Of a stretch of DNA of 64,000 nucleotides, positions 39,431 to 49,027 are shown in pieces. The notes under the pieces are model-generated. The model saw only the letters and a program-made list of their open reading frames with translations. It was not told where the DNA came from and did not search any database. Location of the stretch: NCBI GenBank assembly GCA_965219955.1, contig OZ244799.1:704001-768000 (forward strand). Reading direction: 5' to 3'. Positions within the stretch are counted from its first letter, which is position 1. The number at the start of each line of letters is the position of its first letter. Made by a program: the position numbers and the translations under genes. Source of the DNA: a bacterium. GTDB lineage: Bacteria; UBA8248.

Positions 39431-39876
39431 ACACCACGCATCTCAAAATCGTGGGAGAACGCCGGGCCGAGGTCCAGGCGAAAGCCGCCGCGATGGGGAT
39501 CGACGAGGCTTACGTCTCCGAACTCGTGAATGCCTTCTACAGCCGCGTCCGTGAAGACCGGCTGCTCGGGCCGATATTCGATGACGCCATCCGCGACAAC
39601 TGGGGGCATCACCTCGAGAAGATGAAGGATTTCTGGGCGACGGTGGCCTTGAACGCCGGGCGCTACTCGGGGGAGCCGATTCAGGCCCACAAGAAACTCG
39701 TGGAGGTCCAGCCGTGGCATTTCGACGTCTGGCTGGAAATGTTCGAAGAAACCTTGAAAGACACGGCGCCGACGCCGGAGGCGGCCGTCTATTTCATGGA
39801 GTACGCCGCGCAAATCGCCAAGGGGCTTCGAATCGCCATGTACGGCGCGGGCGGTTCCGGGCATCCGGTGGCGTGA
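39427..39876 (+). CDS. Group III truncated haemoglobin
   Basis: LVNAFYSRVRED.LLGPIF, WGHHLEKMKDFW, YSGEP..AH, HFDVWL.MF. Confidence 0.92.
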   Translation: MNTTHLKIVGERRAEVQAKAAAMGIDEAYVSELVNAFYSRVREDRLLGPIFDDAIRDNWGHHLEKMKDFWATVALNAGRYSGEPIQAHKKLVEVQPWHFDVWLEMFEETLKDTAPTPEAAVYFMEYAAQIAKGLRIAMYGAGGSGHPVA

Positions 39877-39961
39877 GCAATGATGCGGCATTTATCCTCG
39901 CGCCCATGTTCCGTGCCGCCGGCATCGGCGCATCACGCAATACCGGCAAGGAGGGTTCACT

Positions 39962-40243
39962 ATGAATGAGAGTGTTCCGGACGGGCTCGTCAAGTACTTC
40001 GAAAGCGAAGTCTTCACCGAGAAGACGGTTCCTGAAAGACTCCTGACCCTGCACGACACGAAGCCGGGAATATGGGCCCGAATCGTGGTGCTCGAAGGCC
40101 GCCTCGACTATGTCGTTCCCGATTTGCCCGAGCGGAACCGCCGCCTGGAATCAGGCGATTACGGCGTCATCCGGCCCGCCGAACCCCACCGCGTGGAACT
40201 CCTCGGAAAAGTCAGCTTCAAGCTGGAATTTCTGGGCGCGTAG
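39962..40243 (+). CDS. DUF1971 / YeaR / TehB N-terminal domain protein
   Basis: FTEKTVP..LL..HDTKPGIWA.I.VLEG.L.Y, PAEPHRV, LEF. Confidence 0.85.
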   Translation: MNESVPDGLVKYFESEVFTEKTVPERLLTLHDTKPGIWARIVVLEGRLDYVVPDLPERNRRLESGDYGVIRPAEPHRVELLGKVSFKLEFLGA

Positions 40244-40303
40244 ACGCGGAGGACGCGGATGAGCAGGGGTGGTTCGCGAACCGCCCCTACGGACTCAACC
40301 TTT

Positions 40304-41512
40304 CTACTCTTTATTACAATGCGCCCGCGCGGCGGTGGCGAACATGCCGGCGGCGTCGATAAGGTTCTGCGCTGGCACGCGCTCGTTCGGCAGGTGGGCT
40401 TCGGAGATGAACTCGCCGGGGCCGAAGAAGACGCCCGGAATCCCGTTCTCGATGAAGAGCCTGAGCGCGCCCGGAGACTCGATGCCGGGCAGGTACTCGT
40501 TCGGCGTCCCCCGCACGGCGGGCACGACGCGCTCCATGAGCTGCACGACGGGCTCTTCTTCCGCGATTTCCGTCACCTCGCGCGCCCCGCTCGGCATGAT
40601 CTCGACCGACGCGTCGAATTCCGGGTCATCCGCCGCGAGTTCTGCGAGGATGCCCTCTAAAGTCTCCTTGACGCCCGCTGAGGTCTGCCCCGGCAGCATG
40701 CGCACGTCGAAGGTGGCGCTGCACCGCCCGCCCACGACGTTCACGGCGGAGCCTCCGTTGATGGTGGAAAAGGCTAAAGTGCCGGGCCCCAGGAAGGGAT
40801 GCGGCGGCGGAGCGATGTGCTCGGCCCGGAAGGCGTCGATGATCTTCGCCATCTTCTCGATGGCGTTGATTCCCTTCTCGGGCACGCTCACGTGCACCGA
40901 GCGGCCGCGCACTTTTACTTCAAAGAACACCCGCCCCTTGAAGGAGCGGATGATGTTGTTGCCCGTCGATTCGGTGTAGAGGACCATGTCGCCGCCCAGT
41001 TCCCTGAAAACGCCGTTGTTGACCAGCGATTGCGCGCCGTAGTAATCGCCCTTCTCGCCGTCCGAGAGCAGGACCCAGGTGAGCGTGCCGTTCAGCGCGA
41101 TTTTCTCGTCCTTGAACGCTTTGAGCGCGCCGAGGGTGGACGCCAGCGCGCCCTTCATGTCGGCTGCGCCGCGTCCCCAGATTTCGCCGTTCTTGAGTTC
41201 GCCGCTGAAGGGGGGGACCTCCCAGGCGTCCACCTCTTCGGGGTGGACGGGCACGGTGTCCATGTGGCCGCCGATGACGAAGTGCCCGCCCGGGCCGCCG
41301 TCGCCCGTCTGGATGATGAAGTTGGGCATCCCGGCCTCGTATTCGTACGTGGTGATGTTATCGACGCCGATGGCTTTGAGTTCGGCGAGGATGCGCTCGG
41401 CCATGTCCGAGCAGTCGCCGGGCGGGTTTTCCGCCGGTATGCGAATCAGATCCTGCGCGAGATTGACGACGTAGTCCCCATCCACGGGAACCGGTGCGAT
41501 GGCGCTGTTCAT
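40304..41512 (-). CDS. M20 family (ArgE/DapE-like) metallo-amidohydrolase
   Basis: GHMDTV, GRGAADMKG, GRSVH, GINAI, AHLPNE. Confidence 0.88.
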   Translation of the reverse strand: MNSAIAPVPVDGDYVVNLAQDLIRIPAENPPGDCSDMAERILAELKAIGVDNITTYEYEAGMPNFIIQTGDGGPGGHFVIGGHMDTVPVHPEEVDAWEVPPFSGELKNGEIWGRGAADMKGALASTLGALKAFKDEKIALNGTLTWVLLSDGEKGDYYGAQSLVNNGVFRELGGDMVLYTESTGNNIIRSFKGRVFFEVKVRGRSVHVSVPEKGINAIEKMAKIIDAFRAEHIAPPPHPFLGPGTLAFSTINGGSAVNVVGGRCSATFDVRMLPGQTSAGVKETLEGILAELAADDPEFDASVEIMPSGAREVTEIAEEEPVVQLMERVVPAVRGTPNEYLPGIESPGALRLFIENGIPGVFFGPGEFISEAHLPNERVPAQNLIDAAGMFATAARAHCNKE

Positions 41513-41677
41513 GAAAAAACTCCTGTCAGATGGAATGAAATACTCGGGATGATGCTATCTTGATGTCAGCTGGATTCATAGCTCATTCACCAAAACGAAT
41601 CCCTCGTGCCTGGGTATTTCCGGCTCGCCCTTGAAATTTTTTATTCCAAGGAGGACTTCATAATTACTCCCCCTCAA

Positions 41678-41820
41678 GGGGCCGTTGAAAAAGTCCCGAT
41701 GAACGGGGATCGCAGGTTTTGTAGGGACAGGCCTCCGTGCCTGTCCTGACGAAGGACAACCACGGAGGGTTGTCCCTACAACCGCCAATCCTCTTTTATC
41801 AGGACTTTTCCAACAACCCC
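41678..41820. mobile_element. MITE-like element with GTAG REP cargo
   Basis: GGGGCCGTTGAAAAA ... TTTTCCAACAACCCC, flanked by CTCAA and CTCAG (near 5-bp duplication). Confidence 0.78.
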
Positions 41821-41866
41821 CTCAGGGTGGAAGTAATTGCATCATTCGAGCATGCAAGTCATCCCC

Positions 41867-43045
41867 CTACAAATTCAGCGCGAGGCGGCTCACGGTGATT
41901 TCGGTTTCCTCGAGGATTTCCGCCCGCGTCATCTTTCCGCTCAAGACGGCCGTCAACTCCTCGTGGAGCAGGTCCACGGCCTCATCCCGTGAGATTTCGC
42001 CGCGCATGACGCCGCTGATGTCGAGATCGGAGTTCTCCGCCATGCGCGCCGCCGTCCGGGGATTCGCCGTCACCTTGATGGTGGGGGAGACGGGATGGCC
42101 GATGGGGTTTCCGTTCCCGGTGTTGAAGACGATGGCCTGCGACCCGCACGCTCCGAGCGCGGTGACGTTCTCGACGCCCGCGCTCGGCGCGTCCAGGAAC
42201 ACGCAGCCGCGCTCATTCGTCAACTCACCGGGCACGATGACGTCCACGATATCGCGCGTCCCCGCTTTTTTCACCGCGCCCAGGCTTTTCTCCTCAATCG
42301 AGGAGAGCCCGCCCTGGATGTTGTCCTCCGTCGGGTTGCAGCCGATGATGTCCATCCCCATCTCGTGGGCGTAGTCCATCGTGCGCTTCACAGCATCCAG
42401 CAGCTTCCGCCGCACCTTCGGGCCGGCCGCCCGCTTCGCGAGAAGGTGCTCGGCGCCGACGATCTCCATGGTCTCGGAGAAGAGAACGACGCCCCCCGCG
42501 TCCACGATCCTGTCCGCAAGGACCCCGGTGACCGGGTTCGCCACCAGCCCGCTCGTGGTGTCAGAACCCCCGCATTCCGTGCCCAGGGTGATCTCGGACA
42601 GATCGCACCGCCCGCGCCTCGCGGCGCTTAAGTGTTGATACAATTTCTGGGCGATCTCCACCCCCCGGCTCGCCGTCTGGAGCGTGCCGCCCGTCTCGTG
42701 GACCGTGAGGGTCTCGATAGGCATCCAGGGCGATGCCTCCGCCGCCACGTCGGCCACGTCCTGCGCGCTCTTGGGCTCGAGGCTCACGACGATAGCCGCG
42801 CCCACGTTCGGGTGGCCCGCCGTGCGGCCCATGACCCGGTAGTGCTGTTTTTCATCCTCGCCGAAGAGGTTTCTCCCGAATGTCGTGTTCACGACGACCG
42901 CCTCGCGCACGAGTTTCCCGATGCGCCGCGCGAGGGGGTTGGCGTTGTCCATCGCGCTCACGACGACGAGGTGGTTCCGCGCGCCCGGCGCTCCGCTCGG
43001 CCGCCTGTAGCCCATGAAGGTGTTTCGCGGTTTTCTTCTCGGCAA
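41867..43045 (-). CDS. UxaA family dehydratase/lyase large subunit (UxaA/GarD/SuyB-like)
   Basis: FMGYRR...GARNH, ECGGSDTTSG, ETMEIVGAEH, NPT.DN..GG, EKSLG, FNTGNG; TTG after AGGAG. Confidence 0.88.
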   Translation of the reverse strand: MPRRKPRNTFMGYRRPSGAPGARNHLVVVSAMDNANPLARRIGKLVREAVVVNTTFGRNLFGEDEKQHYRVMGRTAGHPNVGAAIVVSLEPKSAQDVADVAAEASPWMPIETLTVHETGGTLQTASRGVEIAQKLYQHLSAARRGRCDLSEITLGTECGGSDTTSGLVANPVTGVLADRIVDAGGVVLFSETMEIVGAEHLLAKRAAGPKVRRKLLDAVKRTMDYAHEMGMDIIGCNPTEDNIQGGLSSIEEKSLGAVKKAGTRDIVDVIVPGELTNERGCVFLDAPSAGVENVTALGACGSQAIVFNTGNGNPIGHPVSPTIKVTANPRTAARMAENSDLDISGVMRGEISRDEAVDLLHEELTAVLSGKMTRAEILEETEITVSRLALNL

Positions 43046-43175
43046 TCGCTGTCTCCTGTTTTGGGGGTTGGTGAAAACCCCTGATTTCGTGATTCCGGGT
43101 ATTTAGACGACTGGCTGGACAGGATACAACACTCCTCCTTGAGGGTCATTGCCAGCTGAGTAAAGAGGAAGAACC

Positions 43176-43487
43176 ACTCCCCCCTTGCCAGGGGACAAGG
43201 GCAACCCCCCCTACCCCCCCTTGTCAGGGGGGCAAAAAAAAAGAAAGACCCCCTTGTCAGGGGGCAAGAAAAATCAAAACCCCCTCAGCCCGGCGGGGGC
43301 GCATCGCCTTTTCATACCCCCCTGTCAAGGGGGGTAGGGGGGGTTGGTTTTGTAGGGACAGGCCTCTGTGCCTGTCCTGATGGCAACTATCCTGCGAAGG
43401 ACAACCACGGAGGGCAGGACAACCCCGAGGAGGGGTTGTCCCTACAACCGCCATTCTTCCTTTATCGTGCCTATTTCAACCACCCCC
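43176..43487. repeat. Mosaic repeat cluster
   Basis: CCCCCCTTGTCAGGGGGG units, GTAG REP, degenerate TTTCAACCACCCC end. Confidence 0.88.
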
Positions 43488-44327
43488 TCAATCCTCGAAC
43501 GGCGCGGGGCGGTGGCGGACGTTCACCTCGCGCGTCTTGATATACTCGATGACGCCGATGAGCCTTTCCACCACGGCTTCGTGGAAGGCGCGCCCTTTCT
43601 CCGGGGTGGCTTGCGTCGGGTCGCCGGATTGCCCCTGATCGCCGATCTCGGCCCGGTATTCCTCGACCGTCTTGGGGTAGAAAAAGCGCGGCGCGTCCAC
43701 CGCAGGATCCGAAATGTGGTGCCCCGTCATCCACTCGGGGTTCGGGTTCGAGCTCTGCGGCGTTGCTTTCTCCATGTCGACGAGGTGGGGATTCATGTGC
43801 AGCGCGTGCGAAGCTTCCAGCTCACACGCGTGGCCCTGTCCGCCGGGGGGCGTGGTTCTGATATCCGGGATCCTGTCGAAGGCGATGATGCCCACGTCCA
43901 CGATGGCGAGCGCCGCGCCCGTCCTCTGCCGCATCTGGTTGACGGCGATCTCGAGCGGCGCCAGGTTGGCCCGCCTGTGCCCGTTCACCAGGATCACCCG
44001 GTTGAAGCCGTGGTAGAGGAGGCTCGCCATGATGTCGGTCACGACGGCGGTCAGGGTCTCGGGCCTCAGCGTAACCGTGCCCGTGAGCGCCATGTGGTTG
44101 TTGGTCCAGCCGTACCAGAGGGTGGGGTAGACCAGGACGCCCGCGCGCTGCCCCGCGTCCCGGGCGACGTGGTGGGCGGCGAACGCGTCGTGGCCGATGG
44201 GCATGTGCGGGCCGTGCTGCTCCACGCTTCCCACGGGCAGAATCGCCATATCGTTTCCCGAATCGAGATATTCGCGCACCTCGCGCCAGCTTTTCTCATG
44301 CGCCCAGGGGGTTTCGGCGGTATCCAT
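43488..44327 (-). CDS. Creatininase family amidohydrolase
   Basis: PVGSVEQHGPHMP..HD, NGHRRAN, GHACELEAS, GDPTQATPEKG. Confidence 0.9.
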   Translation of the reverse strand: MDTAETPWAHEKSWREVREYLDSGNDMAILPVGSVEQHGPHMPIGHDAFAAHHVARDAGQRAGVLVYPTLWYGWTNNHMALTGTVTLRPETLTAVVTDIMASLLYHGFNRVILVNGHRRANLAPLEIAVNQMRQRTGAALAIVDVGIIAFDRIPDIRTTPPGGQGHACELEASHALHMNPHLVDMEKATPQSSNPNPEWMTGHHISDPAVDAPRFFYPKTVEEYRAEIGDQGQSGDPTQATPEKGRAFHEAVVERLIGVIEYIKTREVNVRHRPAPFED

Positions 44328-44371
44328 AGTGGTTCTCCTCTCGTGTGGGGGTTGTTGAAAACCCCCTCTTC

Positions 44372-44567
44372 GGGGCTGTTGAAAAAGTCCCCGGTCTGCC
44401 CCTCCGCAAACCGCCAACGCCTCTTGCCTCACCCTGAGTAGCCGCCGAAGGCGGCGTATCGAAGGGCGCGGAGAGTCGAACGCCTCGCGCCGGGTGAGGG
44501 GGCATCCTTCGATACGCGGCTCCGCCGCTACTCAGGATGAGGCGGAAGGGAGTTTTTCAACAGCCCC
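44372..44567 (+). mobile_element. 196-bp MITE-like element
   Basis: Perfect 15-bp TIR GGGGCTGTTGAAAAA/TTTTTCAACAGCCCC; near-identical inverted copy at 47321-47514. Confidence 0.85.
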
Positions 44568-44652
44568 CTCAAGGGGGGAGTGAACTTCAAAAGCGTGCGC
44601 TCAACTAGAATCACTCCACAGGGCTTTTTCAAAAACCCCATATGGGTTCGGC

Positions 44653-44985
44653 TCAAAACAACAGGCCCCGCAGGCCCGGAAACAGCATGAACGCGCAAAC
44701 GCCCGCGGCAAGACCGGCGAGCAGGTTTTTCCTCAAACCATAGAAGACGCCCACGCAGACCGCCAGACCCGCGAGGCGGTCGATGATGTGTGATTCCGCG
44801 AGCGCACCGCCGGGCAGCAGGATGATCTTCATCATCAACCCGGTGGCGATGGCGTAGGCCACGCAGGTCACCCACTCGAAGACGGGGCTGTCGTCCTCTA
44901 TCCGGCCCGCGATGAGCACGCCCATCCACCGCCACGAATACGTGCAGACGACGGCGATCCCCAATAAAATCGCGGCGTCAGGCAT
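44653..44985 (-). CDS. AzlD family membrane protein
   Basis: TYSWRWMGV, 3-4 TM helices, overlaps the AzlC-like gene. Confidence 0.8.
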   Translation of the reverse strand: MPDAAILLGIAVVCTYSWRWMGVLIAGRIEDDSPVFEWVTCVAYAIATGLMMKIILLPGGALAESHIIDRLAGLAVCVGVFYGLRKNLLAGLAAGVCAFMLFPGLRGLLF

Positions 44986-45703
44986 CCTTCTTCCTCATTC
45001 TCCCGACGCCGAACGCGAGCGTTCCGGCCAGGACGCCGCCCGTGAGGAGCCCCCAGTTGGTGGAGACCAGATAGCCCGCCGGCACGAGCGCGCAGCCCAA
45101 GACCACCGACAGGAGAACCGCGCGCCGGCTGCTCTGCGCGGCGAGCAGCAGCATGAAGAGCGGCGTGATGAGCATGAGCGCCCGTGCGATGAGGCCGGGC
45201 ATCCTGGCGGCCATCGTGTAGCCGAACGCCGTGCCGAGAAGCCCCAGTGACATGCAGGCGGTCGTGAAGCCGAAGAAATAGGCGGCGCGCAGGTTTTTCT
45301 CTGATACGTGGCGGCACATCTCGACGACCTGGACGAACGAGGTGACCGAGTTGACGTGGGCCATCCAGAAATGCACGTTCTCGACGCCGGGCCGTTTCCG
45401 CAGCAGCGGCATGGTGGCGATGGTGAGCGGGAACATCCGTACGTTGGCGATGGTGACCGAGGCGATGAGCGCGACGCCCCCGACGCCGGCGGCGAAAAGC
45501 TCCACGAAGGCCACCTGGCCCGGCGTGCTCCACATGCCGCCCGTCATGCCCAGCGCGATCAGGAGCGAGACGCCGCTGTCCTTCGCAAGCGCGCCGAAAC
45601 CCGACATGGCGGCGAAAAGCCCGATGCCGGGCGCCCGGACGCAATGCTTCATCCCCTGGCGGAAATAGGCGCCCCGGGTCTTTTCGGTGCGGCGGAAATC
45701 CAT
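44978..45703 (-). CDS. AzlC family amino acid exporter
   Basis: GFGALA, PGQV, ANVRMFP, multi-TM. Confidence 0.85.
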   Translation of the reverse strand: MDFRRTEKTRGAYFRQGMKHCVRAPGIGLFAAMSGFGALAKDSGVSLLIALGMTGGMWSTPGQVAFVELFAAGVGGVALIASVTIANVRMFPLTIATMPLLRKRPGVENVHFWMAHVNSVTSFVQVVEMCRHVSEKNLRAAYFFGFTTACMSLGLLGTAFGYTMAARMPGLIARALMLITPLFMLLLAAQSSRRAVLLSVVLGCALVPAGYLVSTNWGLLTGGVLAGTLAFGVGRMRKKDA

Positions 45704-46836
45704 CAGGCGCTCATGATCTTTTCGAGCTTGTCGGCGGCCTTGAGACCGTGGCCCGTCACGGGGACGACGGCGGTTTCAGACGGGTTGACCTTCCCTTGTT
45801 CCTTCAAAAGTGCGAGCGCGGCGAAGGCGACGGCGCTCGTCGGCTCCATGAGGACGCCCTTCGCGCCGAACTCCCGGAGGAGGGGAGGGATGGCTGCGTC
45901 CTCCACCGATATGAAACAACCTCCGCTCTCGCGCACCGCCTCGCGCATCTGCTTCCAGCGCACGGGCGCGGCGATGGAGATGCCCTCCGCGATCGTGTCC
46001 TCAGGCAAAATCTCCGGCACGGCTTCGAGATTCTCCTCCCACATCCGCACCATCGGCGCGCAGTTGGCCGCCTGGGCCGCGAAGATTTTGGGGAGTTCAG
46101 CGATATAGCCGGCGCGTAAGAGTTCCGAAAAGCCGAGATAAGCGCCGAGCAAAGCCGAGCCGTGCCCGGCGGGGGCGACGACGGCGTCGGGTGCGCGGAA
46201 GCCCAGTTGCTCCCATACCTCGAACGCCCAGGTCTTGGTGCCGTGGTTGAACCAGGGGTTCCAGAAATGGGAGGCGTAGAAGCGCTCTTTCGCCGCATCC
46301 ACCGCGACGGCGGTGGATGCGGCCCGGGGGCCGGGGATTTTCTTGAGATTGGCGCCATAGGCGGTGATCTGCGCGCACTTGGCCGATGAAGTGGAGGCGG
46401 GCGTGTAGATGTCGCACTCGACCCCCGCGCGCGCAGCGTAGGCGGCGACGGCGGCGGCGGCGTTGCCCGAAGAATCCATGAGCACCTGCGCGAGACCCCA
46501 CTCCTTGAGCTTGCTCATCAGCACGGTGGCGCCGCGGTCCTTGAACGAGCCGGTGGGGAAGAGGAAATCGAGCTTGCAGAGGATTTCCATCCCCGAAAAG
46601 GGGAGGGGGACGAGCGGCGTCATCCCCTCGTTCATGGAGACGACGTTCGCATCATCATCAACGGGTATCGCCTCGCGGTAGCGCCAGAGAGTGGCGGGGC
46701 GGGTGGCCAATGATTCGCGGGTGAAGATGCCCCTCGGCGCCATCTCCAGCGGCCCGCCGCAGGCGCATCGCCAGCGGGGTTCACTCGGGGGGTAGTTCTC
46801 CCCGCAGTCGATACAGGCGAATTCCGCTTCACTCAT
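45703..46836 (-). CDS. Threonine synthase-like PLP enzyme with an N-terminal zinc ribbon
   Basis: CxxC...CxC, LWRY, EGMTP, PTGSFKDRG, DSSGNA, EPTSA, TGHGLK. Confidence 0.85.
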   Translation of the reverse strand: MSEAEFACIDCGENYPPSEPRWRCACGGPLEMAPRGIFTRESLATRPATLWRYREAIPVDDDANVVSMNEGMTPLVPLPFSGMEILCKLDFLFPTGSFKDRGATVLMSKLKEWGLAQVLMDSSGNAAAAVAAYAARAGVECDIYTPASTSSAKCAQITAYGANLKKIPGPRAASTAVAVDAAKERFYASHFWNPWFNHGTKTWAFEVWEQLGFRAPDAVVAPAGHGSALLGAYLGFSELLRAGYIAELPKIFAAQAANCAPMVRMWEENLEAVPEILPEDTIAEGISIAAPVRWKQMREAVRESGGCFISVEDAAIPPLLREFGAKGVLMEPTSAVAFAALALLKEQGKVNPSETAVVPVTGHGLKAADKLEKIMSA

Positions 46837-46948
46837 TTTCTGGCGCCGATTCATTCGTTATAGTTAGGGTAAATGACGTTAAAGGCTAAATGTTCCGCTT
46901 GCCTGAGTCCAGTCGCGCGGGGGAGATTCGGGTGGGAATGACCCTTTT

Positions 46949-47597
46949 TGGGGGGATGTTGAAAAAAATCCCGATGAATGAAGGTTCGACGTAAATGGGT
47001 AGGAGGCGGTTTTTTGTAGTGGACAATCCCTCCTCGGGATTGTCCACGCATATATGCGGCCCATAACGGGCGGCGAAAAAGGCCAAGTCGCATGGATGTG
47101 ACCCCTACAGGTGAAATGCGATTGACGCGCGAGGAATTGTAGGGACAGGTCGCGACCTGTCCCTACGGAGAAGGACAACCACGGGGGGATGTTCTTTTGT
47201 AGGGGACGCCTCTTTCGGCTGGAAAAGCAACCCCCCCTACCCCCCCTTGTCAGGGGGGTAAGAAAAGGCAAAGCCCCTCAGCCCGGCGGGGCGCATCGCC
47301 TTTCTATACCCCCCAGACAAGGGGCTGTTGAAAAACCCCCTTCCGCCTCATCCTGAGTAGCGGCGGAGCCGCGTATCGAAGGATGCCCCCTCACCCGGCG
47401 CGAGGCGTTCGACTCTCCGCGCCCTTCGATACGCCGCCTTCGGCGGCTACTCAGGGTGAGGAAAGAGGTGTTGGCGGTTTGCGGAGGGGCAGACCAGGCT
47501 TTTTCAACAGGCCCGACAAGGGGGGGTAGGGGGGGTTGCCTTTATGGGGAGCTTTCAGGGAGGTTGCCATTACCCTCTCAGGGGGTTTTTCAACAAG
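46949..47597. repeat. Nested mosaic repeat cluster
   Basis: Outer TIR-like ends, several GTAG REPs, a CCCCCCTTGTCAGGGGGG doublet interrupted by the element at 47321-47514. Confidence 0.9.
47321..47514 (-). mobile_element. 194-bp MITE with a 5-bp target site duplication (GACAA)
   Basis: TIRs match at 14/15; GACAA at 47316-47320 and 47515-47519; an uninterrupted host repeat is seen at about 12944-13060. Confidence 0.88.
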
Positions 47598-47709
47598 CCT
47601 CCAGAAGAAGTGGTTCTTTTCTCACGCGCCGGTTGCCGATGCCGTTCGAAGAAATCGTGAACTCCGGTATATAATTCCGGTTCATCTCGAAAATTTCAGG
47701 AGACATTAG

Positions 47710-49011
47710 ATGGTAACGGACCCCAGGTTTTTTGCGAGAGACGGCCGCGCGGGCGACGCGGCGGCTGCGTTCTCCAGTGAGGAGCGCGACAGGCGGTGGA
47801 ACGCGGTGCGCGCCGCCATGGATGCGCGCGGGCTCGATTGCCTCATCGTCATCGGGCGCGGCTCGAACGGAAGCGGCGACACCCGCTGGCTCGACGGGGG
47901 CGATTACGGGGAGCGCAGCATGGTGTTCCCCCGCAAGGGCGCGCCCGTCACCTTCTGGCTCCTCCAGAACTGGGGCAAGTGGTACACCGAGTCGTGCTTC
48001 GAGGGGGTGCGCTACCGGGGGCACGAGGGGAAGGTGAGCATCGTGGCCTCAGACGCCGTCAAGGAACTGGGCTACGAGGGCGGGCGAATCGGCGTCGTCG
48101 GCCTGATCGGCGGGGGATACGGTTCCGAGGGCGCGATCCCCTACATGACGTACCGGAACCTGAAGCGCCTTCTGCCGGATGCGGAGTTCGCGGACGCTTC
48201 GGACATCCTCACGCGCCTCCGCATGATAAAGAGTCCTGAGGAAATCGAGATGCTCGAAAAGGCGGCCGAGATGGTGAACATCGAGATAGACGCCGTGCTC
48301 GGCTGCTGCCGCCCCGGGGTGCGGGAGAGCGAGGTGTACGCCGCGCTGTTCGGCGCCAGCCTGCGCGCGGGCGCGGAGCCGGGGCGCGACAGCTGGCTCA
48401 TCATGTGCTCGGGCAAGGGCTACCCGGTGAACAGAAGGCCCACGGACAGGATTCTGCGCACCGGTGACATGATGTGCATCGGTTACTACGCGCGCTACGG
48501 GGGCTACTGGAGCCATCCGCACACCTCGATGTCGCTGGGGCCGATGGATGAGGAATACAGGCCGCTTCGCGAGGCGGTGCGCGAAAGCCTCCACGCCGCG
48601 CTCGACGCCTTGAAGCCGGGCACGCCGTGGAGCGAGGTGGACCGCGCGTCGAACGAGGCGGTGCTGAGGGGCGGGTTCTACCACGAGATTCCCCAGGTGC
48701 ACGGGGTGGGGATCGACGGCATCGAGCCGCCCATGACGACGATATGCGCGGGCGAGATTCCCCGGAAATTCTCCTGGCGCGAGCCGTTCGTGGAGGGGAG
48801 CCTCGCCGAGAACCCCGAATGGCGCGAACTCGCGGGTGAGCGCTACGGTTTTCTGGCGGATTTCGAGGTCGAGGCGGGCATGTGCCTGGCCGTCGAGATC
48901 AAGGCCGCGCACGAGGACAGGATATTCATCGTCTTCGGCCCGCAGGTGATCGTCGAGGAGAACGGCCCGCGGGTCCTCACGCCCGAGGCGATGGACGTGA
49001 TCGAGTTGTGA
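47710..49011 (+). CDS. M24 (creatinase/Xaa-Pro peptidase fold) protein
   Basis: FSSEERDRR N-terminal domain, LRMIKSPEEI, RPGVRE, HGVG, AVE. Confidence 0.85.
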   Translation: MVTDPRFFARDGRAGDAAAAFSSEERDRRWNAVRAAMDARGLDCLIVIGRGSNGSGDTRWLDGGDYGERSMVFPRKGAPVTFWLLQNWGKWYTESCFEGVRYRGHEGKVSIVASDAVKELGYEGGRIGVVGLIGGGYGSEGAIPYMTYRNLKRLLPDAEFADASDILTRLRMIKSPEEIEMLEKAAEMVNIEIDAVLGCCRPGVRESEVYAALFGASLRAGAEPGRDSWLIMCSGKGYPVNRRPTDRILRTGDMMCIGYYARYGGYWSHPHTSMSLGPMDEEYRPLREAVRESLHAALDALKPGTPWSEVDRASNEAVLRGGFYHEIPQVHGVGIDGIEPPMTTICAGEIPRKFSWREPFVEGSLAENPEWRELAGERYGFLADFEVEAGMCLAVEIKAAHEDRIFIVFGPQVIVEENGPRVLTPEAMDVIEL

Positions 49012-49027
49012 GCGAACGCGGCCGTGG

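Noticed and set aside
45703-46836. Assigning the gene symbol thrC (and leuC/leuD at 51635-53438)
   Set aside because: The families are clear, but context and motif changes suggest paralogs with other functions.
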